From: Candidatus Dormiibacterota bacterium
Lineage (GTDB): Bacteria; Chloroflexota; Dormibacteria; Aeolococcales; Aeolococcaceae
Length of the DNA stretch: 64,000 nucleotides
Assembly (NCBI GenBank): GCA_963718525.1
Contig: OY970355.1
Coordinates: 224,001 to 288,000 of the forward strand
Direction of reading: 5' to 3'
In this document: positions 49,302 through 58,667 of the stretch, in pieces
Position numbering within the stretch: position 1 is the stretch's first letter
Layout: each line of letters opens with the position of its first letter
The notes under the pieces: generated by a model
Databases searched by the model: none
What the model was told of the DNA's origin: nothing
The model's input: only the letters and a program-made list of their open reading frames with translations
Made by a program: the position numbers and the translations under genes

Positions 49302-51229
49302 CAGGTGCGTTGCGGCGCGCGGCGCTTGCGCAGTCCCTTCACGCCCAGCTCGCGCCGGCGAGCCCGCTCCAGGTTCACGGCTGCACCGACCAGTGCGAGG
49401 TGCGTGAATGCCTGCGGGAAGTTCCCCAGCAGCTGCCCGGTGCGCACGTCCACCTCCTCGGAGAACAGCCCGAGTGGCGAGCTGAAGTGGAGGAGCCGCT
49501 CGAAGCGGCGCTCCGCCTGCTCGAGGTCGCCGCAGTGGGCGAGCGCGTCCACCAGCCAGAACGAGGTCAGAAAGAACGCACCCTCATCACCCCGGAGGCC
49601 GTCCTCGCTCTCGTCCATCAGGTAGCGCTTGACGAGCACACCCTCGCCGAGGTGTTGCGCGATGGCGCGCACCGTCGAAAGAATGCGCGGATCCTTGTCG
49701 GCGAGAAAGCGCACCTGGCTCATGCGCAGGATCGCTGCATCGAGCGCGTCGTTGTCGAACTCCTGGGTGAATGAGTGGCGGTGCTCCGAGTACCCACGCG
49801 TCGTGATCGCGCGATGCATGCGCAGACGCGCGCGTCGCCACGCGTCCTTGCCGTAGGGGAGGTTGTAGCGGTCGGCGATCCGGATGCCGCGATCGACGGC
49901 CACCCAGCACATCAGCTTGCTGTAGACGTACTGCTTGCGCTCGCTCCGGACCTCCCATATCGACGAGTTGGGCTCCTCCCAGCGACTGATGGCCATCTCG
50001 ACGATGTTGCGGAGCTCCTCCCACAGCGTCGTGCTGACCACGCCGCCGAACCGTGCGTAGACGTAGGCGCTGTCGAGCACCTCGCCATACACGTCGAGCT
50101 GCAGTTGATTCATGGCGGCGTTGCCGACGCGCACCGGTCTCGATCCGCGGTAGCCCTCGAGGTGATCGAGGGTGTGCTCGGTTGCGTGGGCGTGCCCGCT
50201 CAGGTCGAAGAGGTTGGGGATGTCGGTGGTTTTGCGATCGGCGAGGTGCCGGTGGGTCAGCCAGTCGAAGTACGCAGTCGCCTCGGCGGAGAGGCCGAGT
50301 TGAAAGAAGGCGTAGAGCGTGAACGCCGCGTCGCGCAGCCAGGTGAATCGATAGTCCCAGTTGCGCTCACCGCCGATGTCCTCGGGAAGGCTCGTCGTCG
50401 GCGCCGCGATGATCGCGCCCGTCGGCGCATAGGTCATCAGCTTCAAGGCGAGTGCCGATCGCCAGACGTGCACCTGGTACGGGCCGTGATAGTCGACCTG
50501 CCCGACCCAGCGCCACCAGTAGCGCTGGCTGTCACGGAGGGCTGTGCGCGCGCGCTCGACGCTCCACGGCCTCGCCCTGCAGTTTCCGGCCACGCCGGTG
50601 TGGAGGGCGAAGGCCACCGCATCGGTGGCCTGCATGTGAAAGCTATCGTCGGGGCCGTCCAGCTCGATGGTCGAGCTCAGACAGAGATGCAGCTTCTGCG
50701 CGTCGGCATGCAGCTGCCCGTCGTCGACGCTGAGCTCCACGGGCAATCGAGCAAACCCGGGCGCGGGGTCGAAGACGTGGTGCATGGTCACGGCCCCGGC
50801 GAGACACTCCACCAGACGGATCACGCGTGCATGGTTGTGCGGTTTGGCGTGCTGGACGACGCTGTGATCGTCGACCGGCATGAAATCGGTGACCACCACG
50901 ACGCCGGTCCCGGTGGAGAACACGGTGTCGAGAAGGTTGGTCCGGTCCCGATAGCGCTGGTGCACCTGATGCGGCTCATCCGGGTGGAGCTGCCAGCTCC
51001 CCCCTCGGGCCGAGTCAAGGACACGGCCAAACAGCGCGTCGTCGTCGAAACGGGGCAGGCAGAGCCAGTCGATGCTGCCGTCCACCCCGACCAGCGCCGC
51101 CGAGCGGCAGTCGCCGATCAGCCCGTACGCCCCGATTGGAAGGTACCCGTCGATCCGCTCGTGGGAGACGGTGCGACCCTTGGGATCCGCCGGGCTAGTA
51201 CTCGTCCTCGGGGCGGGAGTCATCGTCAT
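49301..51229 (-). CDS. Glycoside hydrolase family 15 (trehalase/glucoamylase-like)
   Basis: GSIDWLCLPRFD, AAPTTSLPE, RNWDYRFTWLRD, QLDVYGE, GNFPQAFTH. Confidence 0.95.
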   Translation of the reverse strand: MTMTPAPRTSTSPADPKGRTVSHERIDGYLPIGAYGLIGDCRSAALVGVDGSIDWLCLPRFDDDALFGRVLDSARGGSWQLHPDEPHQVHQRYRDRTNLLDTVFSTGTGVVVVTDFMPVDDHSVVQHAKPHNHARVIRLVECLAGAVTMHHVFDPAPGFARLPVELSVDDGQLHADAQKLHLCLSSTIELDGPDDSFHMQATDAVAFALHTGVAGNCRARPWSVERARTALRDSQRYWWRWVGQVDYHGPYQVHVWRSALALKLMTYAPTGAIIAAPTTSLPEDIGGERNWDYRFTWLRDAAFTLYAFFQLGLSAEATAYFDWLTHRHLADRKTTDIPNLFDLSGHAHATEHTLDHLEGYRGSRPVRVGNAAMNQLQLDVYGEVLDSAYVYARFGGVVSTTLWEELRNIVEMAISRWEEPNSSIWEVRSERKQYVYSKLMCWVAVDRGIRIADRYNLPYGKDAWRRARLRMHRAITTRGYSEHRHSFTQEFDNDALDAAILRMSQVRFLADKDPRILSTVRAIAQHLGEGVLVKRYLMDESEDGLRGDEGAFFLTSFWLVDALAHCGDLEQAERRFERLLHFSSPLGLFSEEVDVRTGQLLGNFPQAFTHLALVGAAVNLERARRRELGVKGLRKRRAPQRT

Positions 51230-52070
51230 CCTCGGTATCGGCTCCGGGCGGCGCCTCCTCGGCGTCGGACTGGAAGGTGCTCATCCCCAGCTCCCCGAGA
51301 TCGTCCTCGGATTCGTCGGTCGCCGGTCGTCCGATGATCTCCTCGCCGTCGTCGTCGAGCGGGCTCGAGTCGATCTCGCGGGATGACAGCAGCGAATCCT
51401 TGGCGTAGGGACGGAACTCCTCGCGGCGGCCACCCTTGGCCAGAGGGAAGGACGACTTGCGAGCGTTCTCGGCCGCCTGGTACGTCTCTCGGAGGATGAT
51501 CTCGACCCGCTCGTCCTCGAGCCTGGCCACGGCTGCCGAATATCGGTTCCCCGTCTCCATCAGCGGCACCAGCCGGCGAGCGATTTTGGTGTCGACCTCG
51601 CCGAGCGAGACACCGCGTGACGTCTGGGCCCGGAGCGTCGACCCCTCGCGATAGAGCTCGACCACGTCTCCCGGTGCAATCGCCACGGTGGCGGACTTCG
51701 AGGGTGCGCTCAGCACCGTGATGGCGCTCTTCCCGGGTTCCTCGGTGAACAGCTCGACGTCGATCGCCGCCGCCGAACCGGCGGCGGTGCTCTTGCTCTC
51801 GAGCATCGCGGTGAGCTTGCGGACGTTCTTCTGCGCGATCAGATTCAGCGGATTGAGCTGTAAGGAGCTCGAATACGACGCCAGCGCCTCCTCGCGCTGG
51901 CCCAGCTCGGTCAGCGCCTTGCCGATCCGGTTGAGCGTGTCCTCGTCGGTACCATGGCGCTCGACCAGCGCTTGATTCACGGCAAGCGCCTCCGCCCAGC
52001 GGCTCTCGAGCGCAAGCGCGATAGCCTCGTCGACGTAGAGGCTGCGCGGCTTCACACGTTCTTCAGACAC
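51195..52070 (-). CDS. TPR protein with HIRAN-like central domain and acidic tail
   Basis: N-terminal TPR (NRIGKALTELG...ALASY...LNPLN.IA), FTEEPGK motif, beta-rich middle domain, Asp/Glu-rich C-terminus. Confidence 0.75.
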   Translation of the reverse strand: MSEERVKPRSLYVDEAIALALESRWAEALAVNQALVERHGTDEDTLNRIGKALTELGQREEALASYSSSLQLNPLNLIAQKNVRKLTAMLESKSTAAGSAAAIDVELFTEEPGKSAITVLSAPSKSATVAIAPGDVVELYREGSTLRAQTSRGVSLGEVDTKIARRLVPLMETGNRYSAAVARLEDERVEIILRETYQAAENARKSSFPLAKGGRREEFRPYAKDSLLSSREIDSSPLDDDGEEIIGRPATDESEDDLGELGMSTFQSDAEEAPPGADTEDDDDSRPEDEY

Positions 52071-52219
52071 CAAATACCACTCCCGATTCAAGGGGGTCCA
52101 TGACCGCTGCACTGCACGTGCTCCCGACCCACGGCCGAGAGAGGCAATCGGGTTCGCTATGATACCTGCTCAGTGAGGCGCGTCCGTTCCCTTTGCGATC
52201 TCTTGACACCGCGCCGGGC

Positions 52220-53062
52220 ATGACGCGGATCATTTCGGTCGCTAATCAGAAAGGCGGTGTGGGCAAGACCACAACCGCGGTCAACCTGGCGGCAGCCATC
52301 GCGGAGGCAGGTCCGAAGGTCCTCGCGGTCGACCTCGATCCCCAGGGTCACCTGACCATCAACATGGGGTGCCGCCGGCCCGACGAGCTGGAGCGGACGA
52401 TCTACGACCTCCTCACCGACCATCGGGTCAGCGTCGCGGACGTCCTCCTCGTCTCGGAGGGCATGGGGCTCGACTTCATCCCGGCGAACATCGATCTCAG
52501 CGGCGCCGAGCTGCAGCTGGTCACCGAGTTCGGCCGGGAGTCGATTCTCAAGGAGAAGCTCGAGCCCATCGAAGGCCAGTACGACTACGTCGTCATCGAT
52601 TGCCCGCCGTCGCTCGGCCTCCTCTGCATCAACGCGCTCGTGGCGTCGACGGACGTGATCATCCCGCTGCAGTGCGAGTACTTCGGGATGAAAGGCATGC
52701 AGCAGCTGCAGCGCACCATCGATCGCGTGCGGGCAAAGCTCAACAGCCGTCTTCGTGTCGCGGGCATCCTGCCGACGCTCTACAAGTCGCGCACCCTGCA
52801 CAGCCAGGAGGTGCTCGACCTCGTGAAGAGCGCATACCCCGATCTCGTCTTCCCGATCACCGTCGACTCCTCGATCAGGTTCGCCGAGACACCGCTGGCG
52901 GGGCAGTCGATCCTCGAGTACGCCCCGAACTCGCCTGGGGCTCGCTCCTACCGGGCCCTCGCCAAGGCCGTTATCGCCCAGGATCGCGGCGATGGCGACA
53001 GCATCGAGGTCTCCGGGAGCGCGGAACGTCCACGCGAGCGGGTGCGCGCGGCCCGAGGGTGA
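52220..53062 (+). CDS. ParA/Soj-family ATPase (no adjacent parB)
   Basis: NQKGGVGKTTT, DLDPQG, IDCPPSLGLL, PLQCEYF. Confidence 0.93.
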   Translation: MTRIISVANQKGGVGKTTTAVNLAAAIAEAGPKVLAVDLDPQGHLTINMGCRRPDELERTIYDLLTDHRVSVADVLLVSEGMGLDFIPANIDLSGAELQLVTEFGRESILKEKLEPIEGQYDYVVIDCPPSLGLLCINALVASTDVIIPLQCEYFGMKGMQQLQRTIDRVRAKLNSRLRVAGILPTLYKSRTLHSQEVLDLVKSAYPDLVFPITVDSSIRFAETPLAGQSILEYAPNSPGARSYRALAKAVIAQDRGDGDSIEVSGSAERPRERVRAARG

Positions 53063-53355
53063 TGCGCGGATTTCGCCGCGCCCAGCTGCGCGGCAGCGAT
53101 GAGCTCTTCCGCTCCGCCGAGCCCGAGCAGCTCGACGCCCCGCTGTCGCCCGCCGAGAACAACGACGCCGTCCACCCCGTCCCGTCGGCCCCCGCCCACC
53201 ACATGCGCTCGGTCCGGTTGACGGACGACGAGCTGCGGATCCTCTCGGAAGCGGTTCAGCACCTCAAATTCCCCGCCAAGGCGCCGACGCGCCCTTCGGT
53301 GGACGACTTCGAGAAGCTGGAGGTCCTCCGCCAGAAACTGCTCGACGCGCTGTGA
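53062..53355 (+). CDS. Small hypothetical protein coupled to the ParA-like gene
   Basis: TGATG overlap with the ParA stop; RRAQLRGSDELFR N-terminus resembles partners of orphan ParA proteins. Confidence 0.7.
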   Translation: MRGFRRAQLRGSDELFRSAEPEQLDAPLSPAENNDAVHPVPSAPAHHMRSVRLTDDELRILSEAVQHLKFPAKAPTRPSVDDFEKLEVLRQKLLDAL

Positions 53356-53357
53356 GG

Positions 53358-53489
53358 GTCGGAGGGGACGGCATCGACTGCGGCGGGCCGTCTCGCAGCC
53401 GGGGCTACCCCCCCCGGCGAGAGCGAGGGGCGGAACGGCGAAGGCGTTCCGACCCCGTGCCCGCCGCAGTCGATGCCGTCCCCTCCGAC
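53358..53489. repeat. 31-bp perfect inverted repeat enclosing two internal hairpins
   Basis: GTCGGAGGGGACGGCATCGACTGCGGCGGGC (53358-53388) is the exact reverse complement of 53459-53489. Confidence 0.9.
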
Positions 53490-53502
53490 TAGCCGCCGGC
53501 AC

Positions 53503-53790
53503 GTGGTCATCGGTACGCTGACGGTCACCCTCCAGGTACCGGACAGCGAATCCCTCAAGGACAAGCGGCAGGTGGTCCGCTCGCTCACGGCCAAGCTCCG
53601 CAACACGTTCAACGTCGCGGTTGCAGAGGTGGCCGACCAGGATCTCTGGCAGTCGGCCGTCATCGGGGTGGCGTGCGTGAGCTCGGACAGCCGGCATGCG
53701 GACGAGATGTGCCAGAAGGTGTTGCGGTTCGTCGACGATCATGGCGAGGCGCTCGTCCTCGGCTCCCATTTCGAGTTGATCCACGTCTGA
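53503..53790 (+). CDS. DUF503 (YlxP-like) protein
   Basis: SLKDKRQVVRSL, FNVAVAEV..QDLWQ.A.IG. Confidence 0.92.
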   Translation: MVIGTLTVTLQVPDSESLKDKRQVVRSLTAKLRNTFNVAVAEVADQDLWQSAVIGVACVSSDSRHADEMCQKVLRFVDDHGEALVLGSHFELIHV

Positions 53791-53797
53791 TCAGGCT

Positions 53798-56212
53798 CTG
53801 CTGACGCGGGATCTCATCGAGGCCTACCAGGCGACGCTTCCATTCGAGCTCGACGACTTCCAGCGCGAGGCCATCGTCAAGCTCGAGGGATCCCGCGGCG
53901 TGCTGGTGAGTGCGCCCACGTCGAGCGGCAAGACGGTGGTTGCGGACTACGTGATCTGGCGCCGCCTCGACGCGCCGGCCGCACTCCGGCGGCCGATCAC
54001 AGATGCAGCCGACGTGGTCTACACGACACCTCTGAAAGCTCTGAGCAACCAGAAATATCACGATCTCTGCGAGCGATTCGGTGAGCACCGCATCGGCCTG
54101 ATCACCGGTGAGCACACGCTCAACGATGGCGCACCGATCCTGGTGATGACCACGGAGATCCTGCGCAATGTGCTCTACGACGAGCCTGCGCGTGTCGATC
54201 GAGTCGGCGATGTGGTGCTCGACGAGGTGCACTACATCGACGACTACCCGCGCGGCACGGTGTGGGAGGAGCTGATCATCGAGGCGCCTCGCCACATTCG
54301 CCTGATCGGCCTCTCCGCAACCATCAGCAACGTCGGCGAGGTCGCGACATGGATGTCGGGCCTGCGCGGCACGATCGAGACGGTCACGAAAACCGAACGA
54401 CCGGTGGCACTCGAGATGTGGCTGGCCATCGACAACAGGTTGCACCCGCTCTTCGACAAGGCGGGCAATGCGGCGCGCGGCACGCTCGAACTTGCGCAGG
54501 CGGATGCAGTGCAGCAACCACGATTTCGCGAGGCGCGACGCGCCCCCGACAACGACATGCTGCAGATCGTCGATGTCCTGCGGCAGCGCGCGATGCTCCC
54601 CGCCATCTACTTCATCTTCTCGCGACGGGGATGCCGCGAAGCGCTTCAGCGCTGTGGTGTGCACGGAGTCGACCTCACCAGCGATGAGGAGAAGGAGCGC
54701 ATCGACATCGCCATCACCGAGCGGATGGAGGCATTGAGCGATGCGGACGAGCGACAGTGCGTGCTCCTCGAGCTCGACAGGCGCCTGCTCCGGCGCGGCC
54801 TCGCCATGCACCACGCCGGTCTGCTCCCGTATGCGAAGGAGACCGTGGAGCGCCTGTTTCAGCAGGGGTTGATCAAGGTCGTCTTCGCGACGGAGACGCT
54901 CTCACTTGGTCTCAACATGCCGGCGCGCTCCTGCGTCATCTCTTCGTTCACGAAGTTCGACGGCGTGAGTTTCGCCTCACTCACCAGCGGCGAGCTGACG
55001 CAGCTCATGGGCCGCGCTGGCAGGCGCGGCATCGACACAGTCGGGCACGGGGTGATCCTCAAGGAGAGCGACGTCGACCTGCGCGATATCTACGACGCCG
55101 CGATCTCCGGTGAGTTCGCCGTGGATTCCAAGTTCTCGCCCACCTACACGATGGTGCTCAACCTGCTGCGCACGCGGTCCGCTGAGGCCGCCGAGATGCT
55201 CCTCGACAGCTCCTTCGGGCAATACCAGGCAGTCGAGCGGTCTGCACGGTGGGAGCATCGCAGGGCCAACCTCGAAGCCGAGCTGCATGATCTCCGGCTG
55301 CGGCGCTTTCAGCACCCTCGGGTCCCGTGCACCGAGCGCACCCTGACCTCGTTCCTCACCACCACGACGCAGCTGGGTGAGGCCCAGCTCGCGCTGCGGC
55401 GCGTCAAGCGCGGGCACTGGACCGATGCGCGTCGCGGCCGGTACGGCAAGGCGGGTTCCGATCCCGGCCAGCGCTATGAGGCGTTGCGCAGGACCACCCG
55501 CTCACTCCAGGACCGGCTCAACGAGTCGCCGTGCCGCAACTGTCCGTACTTCGGCGAGCATCGCGCTCACCACCACCGCATCGCCGACATCGAAACCACC
55601 CTCGCCGGTGCCGAGGAGGAGCTGGAGCGCTCGCAGCACCGCTTTCGGCGCGAGTTCCAGGCACACCGGGCGGTGTTGCGGGCCGGGGGCTTCCTCGACG
55701 GCGACGACCCGACCGACCTCGGCCGTCTCGCCGGCTCGCTGTACGGGGAGAGCTCGCTGCTCGTTGCCGACGCGATCGCGTCCGGGCTGCTCGACGGGCT
55801 CAAGCCCGAGGAGGTCGCCGCAACCCTGGTCAGCTTGGTCGCGGAGGATCGGGGTCGGGAGCGCCCGCAACCGTCGCGACGTCACTTTCCCACTCCCCGG
55901 ATCGAGGAACGGCATCGCCGCCTCCGAACCGCGATGCGGCGCTTCGTGGAGCTCGAACGCGAACATGGGCTGGAGACGATGCCGCCGCTCTCCCTCGAGT
56001 ACATTCGCCCGGCATACGAATGGGCGACGGGCGTCCCACTCGCCGACATCGAGCCCCCACCGGGCGCCGATACCGGAGACGTTGTCAAGGCGGTGAAGAG
56101 CCTCTACTCGCTGCTGCGCCAGATGGAGCAGGCACTGCGCGGGCATGCGCTGCACCCGGTGGTCGCGCTCACCCGCGAGCGGGTCGAGCGCGACCTCATC
56201 CGCAGGATCTGA
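53798..56212 (+). CDS. Ski2/HelY-like DExH-box RNA helicase (start uncertain, possibly CTG)
   Basis: PFELDDFQREA Q-motif upstream of the first GTG (53900), APTSSGKT, TPLKALSNQKY, DEVHY, LSAT, HHAGLLP, QLMGRAGRRG, DSHCT-like C-terminus. Confidence 0.92.
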   Translation: MLTRDLIEAYQATLPFELDDFQREAIVKLEGSRGVLVSAPTSSGKTVVADYVIWRRLDAPAALRRPITDAADVVYTTPLKALSNQKYHDLCERFGEHRIGLITGEHTLNDGAPILVMTTEILRNVLYDEPARVDRVGDVVLDEVHYIDDYPRGTVWEELIIEAPRHIRLIGLSATISNVGEVATWMSGLRGTIETVTKTERPVALEMWLAIDNRLHPLFDKAGNAARGTLELAQADAVQQPRFREARRAPDNDMLQIVDVLRQRAMLPAIYFIFSRRGCREALQRCGVHGVDLTSDEEKERIDIAITERMEALSDADERQCVLLELDRRLLRRGLAMHHAGLLPYAKETVERLFQQGLIKVVFATETLSLGLNMPARSCVISSFTKFDGVSFASLTSGELTQLMGRAGRRGIDTVGHGVILKESDVDLRDIYDAAISGEFAVDSKFSPTYTMVLNLLRTRSAEAAEMLLDSSFGQYQAVERSARWEHRRANLEAELHDLRLRRFQHPRVPCTERTLTSFLTTTTQLGEAQLALRRVKRGHWTDARRGRYGKAGSDPGQRYEALRRTTRSLQDRLNESPCRNCPYFGEHRAHHHRIADIETTLAGAEEELERSQHRFRREFQAHRAVLRAGGFLDGDDPTDLGRLAGSLYGESSLLVADAIASGLLDGLKPEEVAATLVSLVAEDRGRERPQPSRRHFPTPRIEERHRRLRTAMRRFVELEREHGLETMPPLSLEYIRPAYEWATGVPLADIEPPPGADTGDVVKAVKSLYSLLRQMEQALRGHALHPVVALTRERVERDLIRRI

Positions 56213-56284
56213 CCGAGACTTCGCGTTACGGTGCAAGCGCCGTGTTGCATCGAAGCTGGGTCACCGTGTTAGCATGCCCGCACT

Positions 56285-56347
56285 GTGCTGACACCAAGAG
56301 TCGTGCTCGCAACCATGATCATGCCCCGCGGAGGTTTCCGAACGTAG
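56285..56347 (+). CDS. Putative attenuator leader peptide MLTPRVVLATMIMPRGGFRT
   Basis: GTG 9 nt after TAGCAT -10 (56270-75); the stop codon lies inside the antiterminator 5' strand. Confidence 0.55.
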   Translation: MLTPRVVLATMIMPRGGFRT

Positions 56348-56403
56348 GGGCGTACGCGCCCACGTTGGAAACCTCCCGGACCACAAGCCCGGGAGGTTTT
56401 TTT
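56330..56403 (+). terminator. Mutually exclusive antiterminator/terminator upstream of thrC
   Basis: Terminator AAACCTCCCGG/CCGGGAGGTTT plus T7 (56369-56403); alternative GGAGGTTTCCGAACGT (56330-45) pairs with ACGTTGGAAACCTCC (56362-76). Confidence 0.8.
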
Positions 56404-56404
56404 C

Positions 56405-57691
56405 ATGTCCACCATCAGTCTGCTCGAACGCTACGGTCGAGCTCCCTCGGGGGCCCACGTCGGCTGTCTGGTCTGTCGCGCCTGCGGTCACGAGACCCCG
56501 GTCGAGGCGACCAACATCTGTGACCGGTGCTTCGGCCCGCTCGAGGTTCGATACGACTACGAAGAGGTGGCGCGGCGCGTCTCACGTGAGAGCATCGCCT
56601 CGGGTCCCGCGAGCATCTGGCGGTATCGCGATCTCCTGCCTGTCGACCTCGACGCGACCGAGCCGATCACGCTGGGCGAGGGCTTCACGCCGCTGATCCA
56701 CGCGCGCAACCTCGGCGCGGAACTCGGGCTGCGCAATCTCTACCTGAAGAACGACACGCAGAACCCGACGGGGTCCTTCAAGGATCGGGTGGTGAGCGTC
56801 GCGGCCACCTGGGCGCGCGAGCACGGGCTGACCACCATCGCCTGCGCCAGCACGGGCAATCTCGCCAACTCCGTGGCGGCGTATGCGGCGCACGCCGGAC
56901 TGCGCGCCGTCGTGGTGGTGCCCAGCGACCTCGAGTCCGCCAAGATGATCGGCACGTCGATCTTCCGGCCGACGATCATTGCTGTGGACGGTAGCTACGA
57001 CGATGTCAATCGTCTGTGCACCGAGCTCGCCGACTGCGTCGACTGGGGGTTCTGCAACCTCAACCTTCGCGCCTACTACAGCGAGGGCAGCAAGACGCTG
57101 ACCTTCGAGACGGCGGAGCAGCTCGGTTGGCGGCTTCCCGACGAGATCATCGTGCCGGTCGCGTCTGGATGCCAGTTCGTCAAGCACCGCAAGGCTGCCG
57201 GCGAGTTGATCGACCTCGGCCTGGTCCAGCCGGGATCGCGTCTGCCCCGGCTCACCGGCGCCCAGGCGCTCGGCTGCTCGCCGGTCGCAACGGCGTTCGC
57301 CGGCGGCGAGACGGCCGTCGTCCCCGTGCGGCCGCACACCATCGCCCGATCGATTGCGATCGGCAACCCCTCGGATGGGGCGGACGTCCTCCGGATCGCG
57401 CGCGAGACCGGGGGCGTGGTCGCGAGCGTCACCGAGGAGGAACTGGTGGAGGGCATCGAGCTGCTGGCCGCCAGCGAGGGGATCTTCGCCGAGACGGCCG
57501 GCGGGGTCACGGTCGCCGTGCTTCGCAAGCTCGCCAGAGCCGGGCGCTGGGAGGGGGACGAGACCGTCGTCGCCTACATCACCGGTGCGGGCTTGAAAAC
57601 GGCGGAGTGCGTCGCCTCCAGGGCTGAGACGCTCACGCCCGTGCCGGCGTCGCTCCGAGCAGTCCGGGAGCGATACGCCGGTCTGTTCTGA
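56405..57691 (+). CDS. thrC: Threonine synthase family PLP enzyme with N-terminal Zn-ribbon
   Basis: CRAC...CDRC, NPTGSFKDR, CASTGN, EGSKT, TGAGLKT. Confidence 0.88.
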   Translation: MSTISLLERYGRAPSGAHVGCLVCRACGHETPVEATNICDRCFGPLEVRYDYEEVARRVSRESIASGPASIWRYRDLLPVDLDATEPITLGEGFTPLIHARNLGAELGLRNLYLKNDTQNPTGSFKDRVVSVAATWAREHGLTTIACASTGNLANSVAAYAAHAGLRAVVVVPSDLESAKMIGTSIFRPTIIAVDGSYDDVNRLCTELADCVDWGFCNLNLRAYYSEGSKTLTFETAEQLGWRLPDEIIVPVASGCQFVKHRKAAGELIDLGLVQPGSRLPRLTGAQALGCSPVATAFAGGETAVVPVRPHTIARSIAIGNPSDGADVLRIARETGGVVASVTEEELVEGIELLAASEGIFAETAGGVTVAVLRKLARAGRWEGDETVVAYITGAGLKTAECVASRAETLTPVPASLRAVRERYAGLF

Positions 57692-57746
57692 GCTGACCCG
57701 TTGCCTGGCATGAACATCAGTTTGCCCCGGCATCTGCCGTGGCATA

Positions 57747-58667
57747 GTGAAAGCGATGTATCACCAGATTGCCCGGAACAAGCGCAAGAGCCTGATCGTG
57801 GTCGTGGCGTTCTTCATCATCTGGGCGGCGATCGGCTACGTGATCGGATATATCGCGTCGGGGGTCAGCGGCGGCATCTCGGGAATCATCATCGCGGCCA
57901 TCGTGGCGCTCCTCGTGGTGCTGTGGTCACTGACCCTCGGTCAGGCAACCGTCCTCGCCGTCTCGGGTGCGCAGCCGGTCACTCGGGAGCAGGCGCCGGT
58001 GCTGTACGACATCGTCTCGACGCTCGCGATCGGCGCGGGGTTGCCGATGCCGAAGATCTACATCATCGACGACCCGTCGCCGAATGCCTTCGCCACGGGC
58101 ACGAGCCCGCAGAAGGCGGCCGTCACGGCCACGACCGGGTTGCTCGCAATCATGGATCGCGAAGAGCTCGAGGGGGTGCTCGCCCACGAGATGAGCCACA
58201 TTCGCAACTACGACGTCCGCCTCGTGCTCATCGTGGCAACGTCGGTCGCACTCATCGGGCTGCTCGCCAGCCTGCTGTGGCGCTCGCTGTTCTTCACCCG
58301 CGGTGGCAACAATCGCGATGGTGGCTATCTGATCATCATCCTCATCGCCGCGGCGGCGCTGCTCTCCGTGGTTGCGGTCGTCGTCGGTCCGCTCATGCAG
58401 TTCGCGCTGTCACGCTCGCGCGAATCACTCGCCGATGCGAGCAGCGTCGAGCTCACTCGCAATCCAACGGGGCTGCTCCACGCGCTGCAGAAGCTCCAGC
58501 AGAACGACAAGCCGTTCGCGAAGATGACCCACGCAACCGCGGCGATGTGCATCGACGATCCGCTGCAGCATCACGGCGGCTTCATGCATCACCTCTTCGA
58601 CACGCATCCCCCGATTGAAGAACGCATCGCAGCGCTCCAGGCGATGCTGCAGGTCAAGGAAACTTAG
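57747..58667 (+). CDS. htpX: M48 family Zn metalloprotease HtpX-like
   Basis: PNAFATG, AHEMSH (HExxH), SRSRESLAD, THPP. Confidence 0.9.
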   Translation: MKAMYHQIARNKRKSLIVVVAFFIIWAAIGYVIGYIASGVSGGISGIIIAAIVALLVVLWSLTLGQATVLAVSGAQPVTREQAPVLYDIVSTLAIGAGLPMPKIYIIDDPSPNAFATGTSPQKAAVTATTGLLAIMDREELEGVLAHEMSHIRNYDVRLVLIVATSVALIGLLASLLWRSLFFTRGGNNRDGGYLIIILIAAAALLSVVAVVVGPLMQFALSRSRESLADASSVELTRNPTGLLHALQKLQQNDKPFAKMTHATAAMCIDDPLQHHGGFMHHLFDTHPPIEERIAALQAMLQVKET

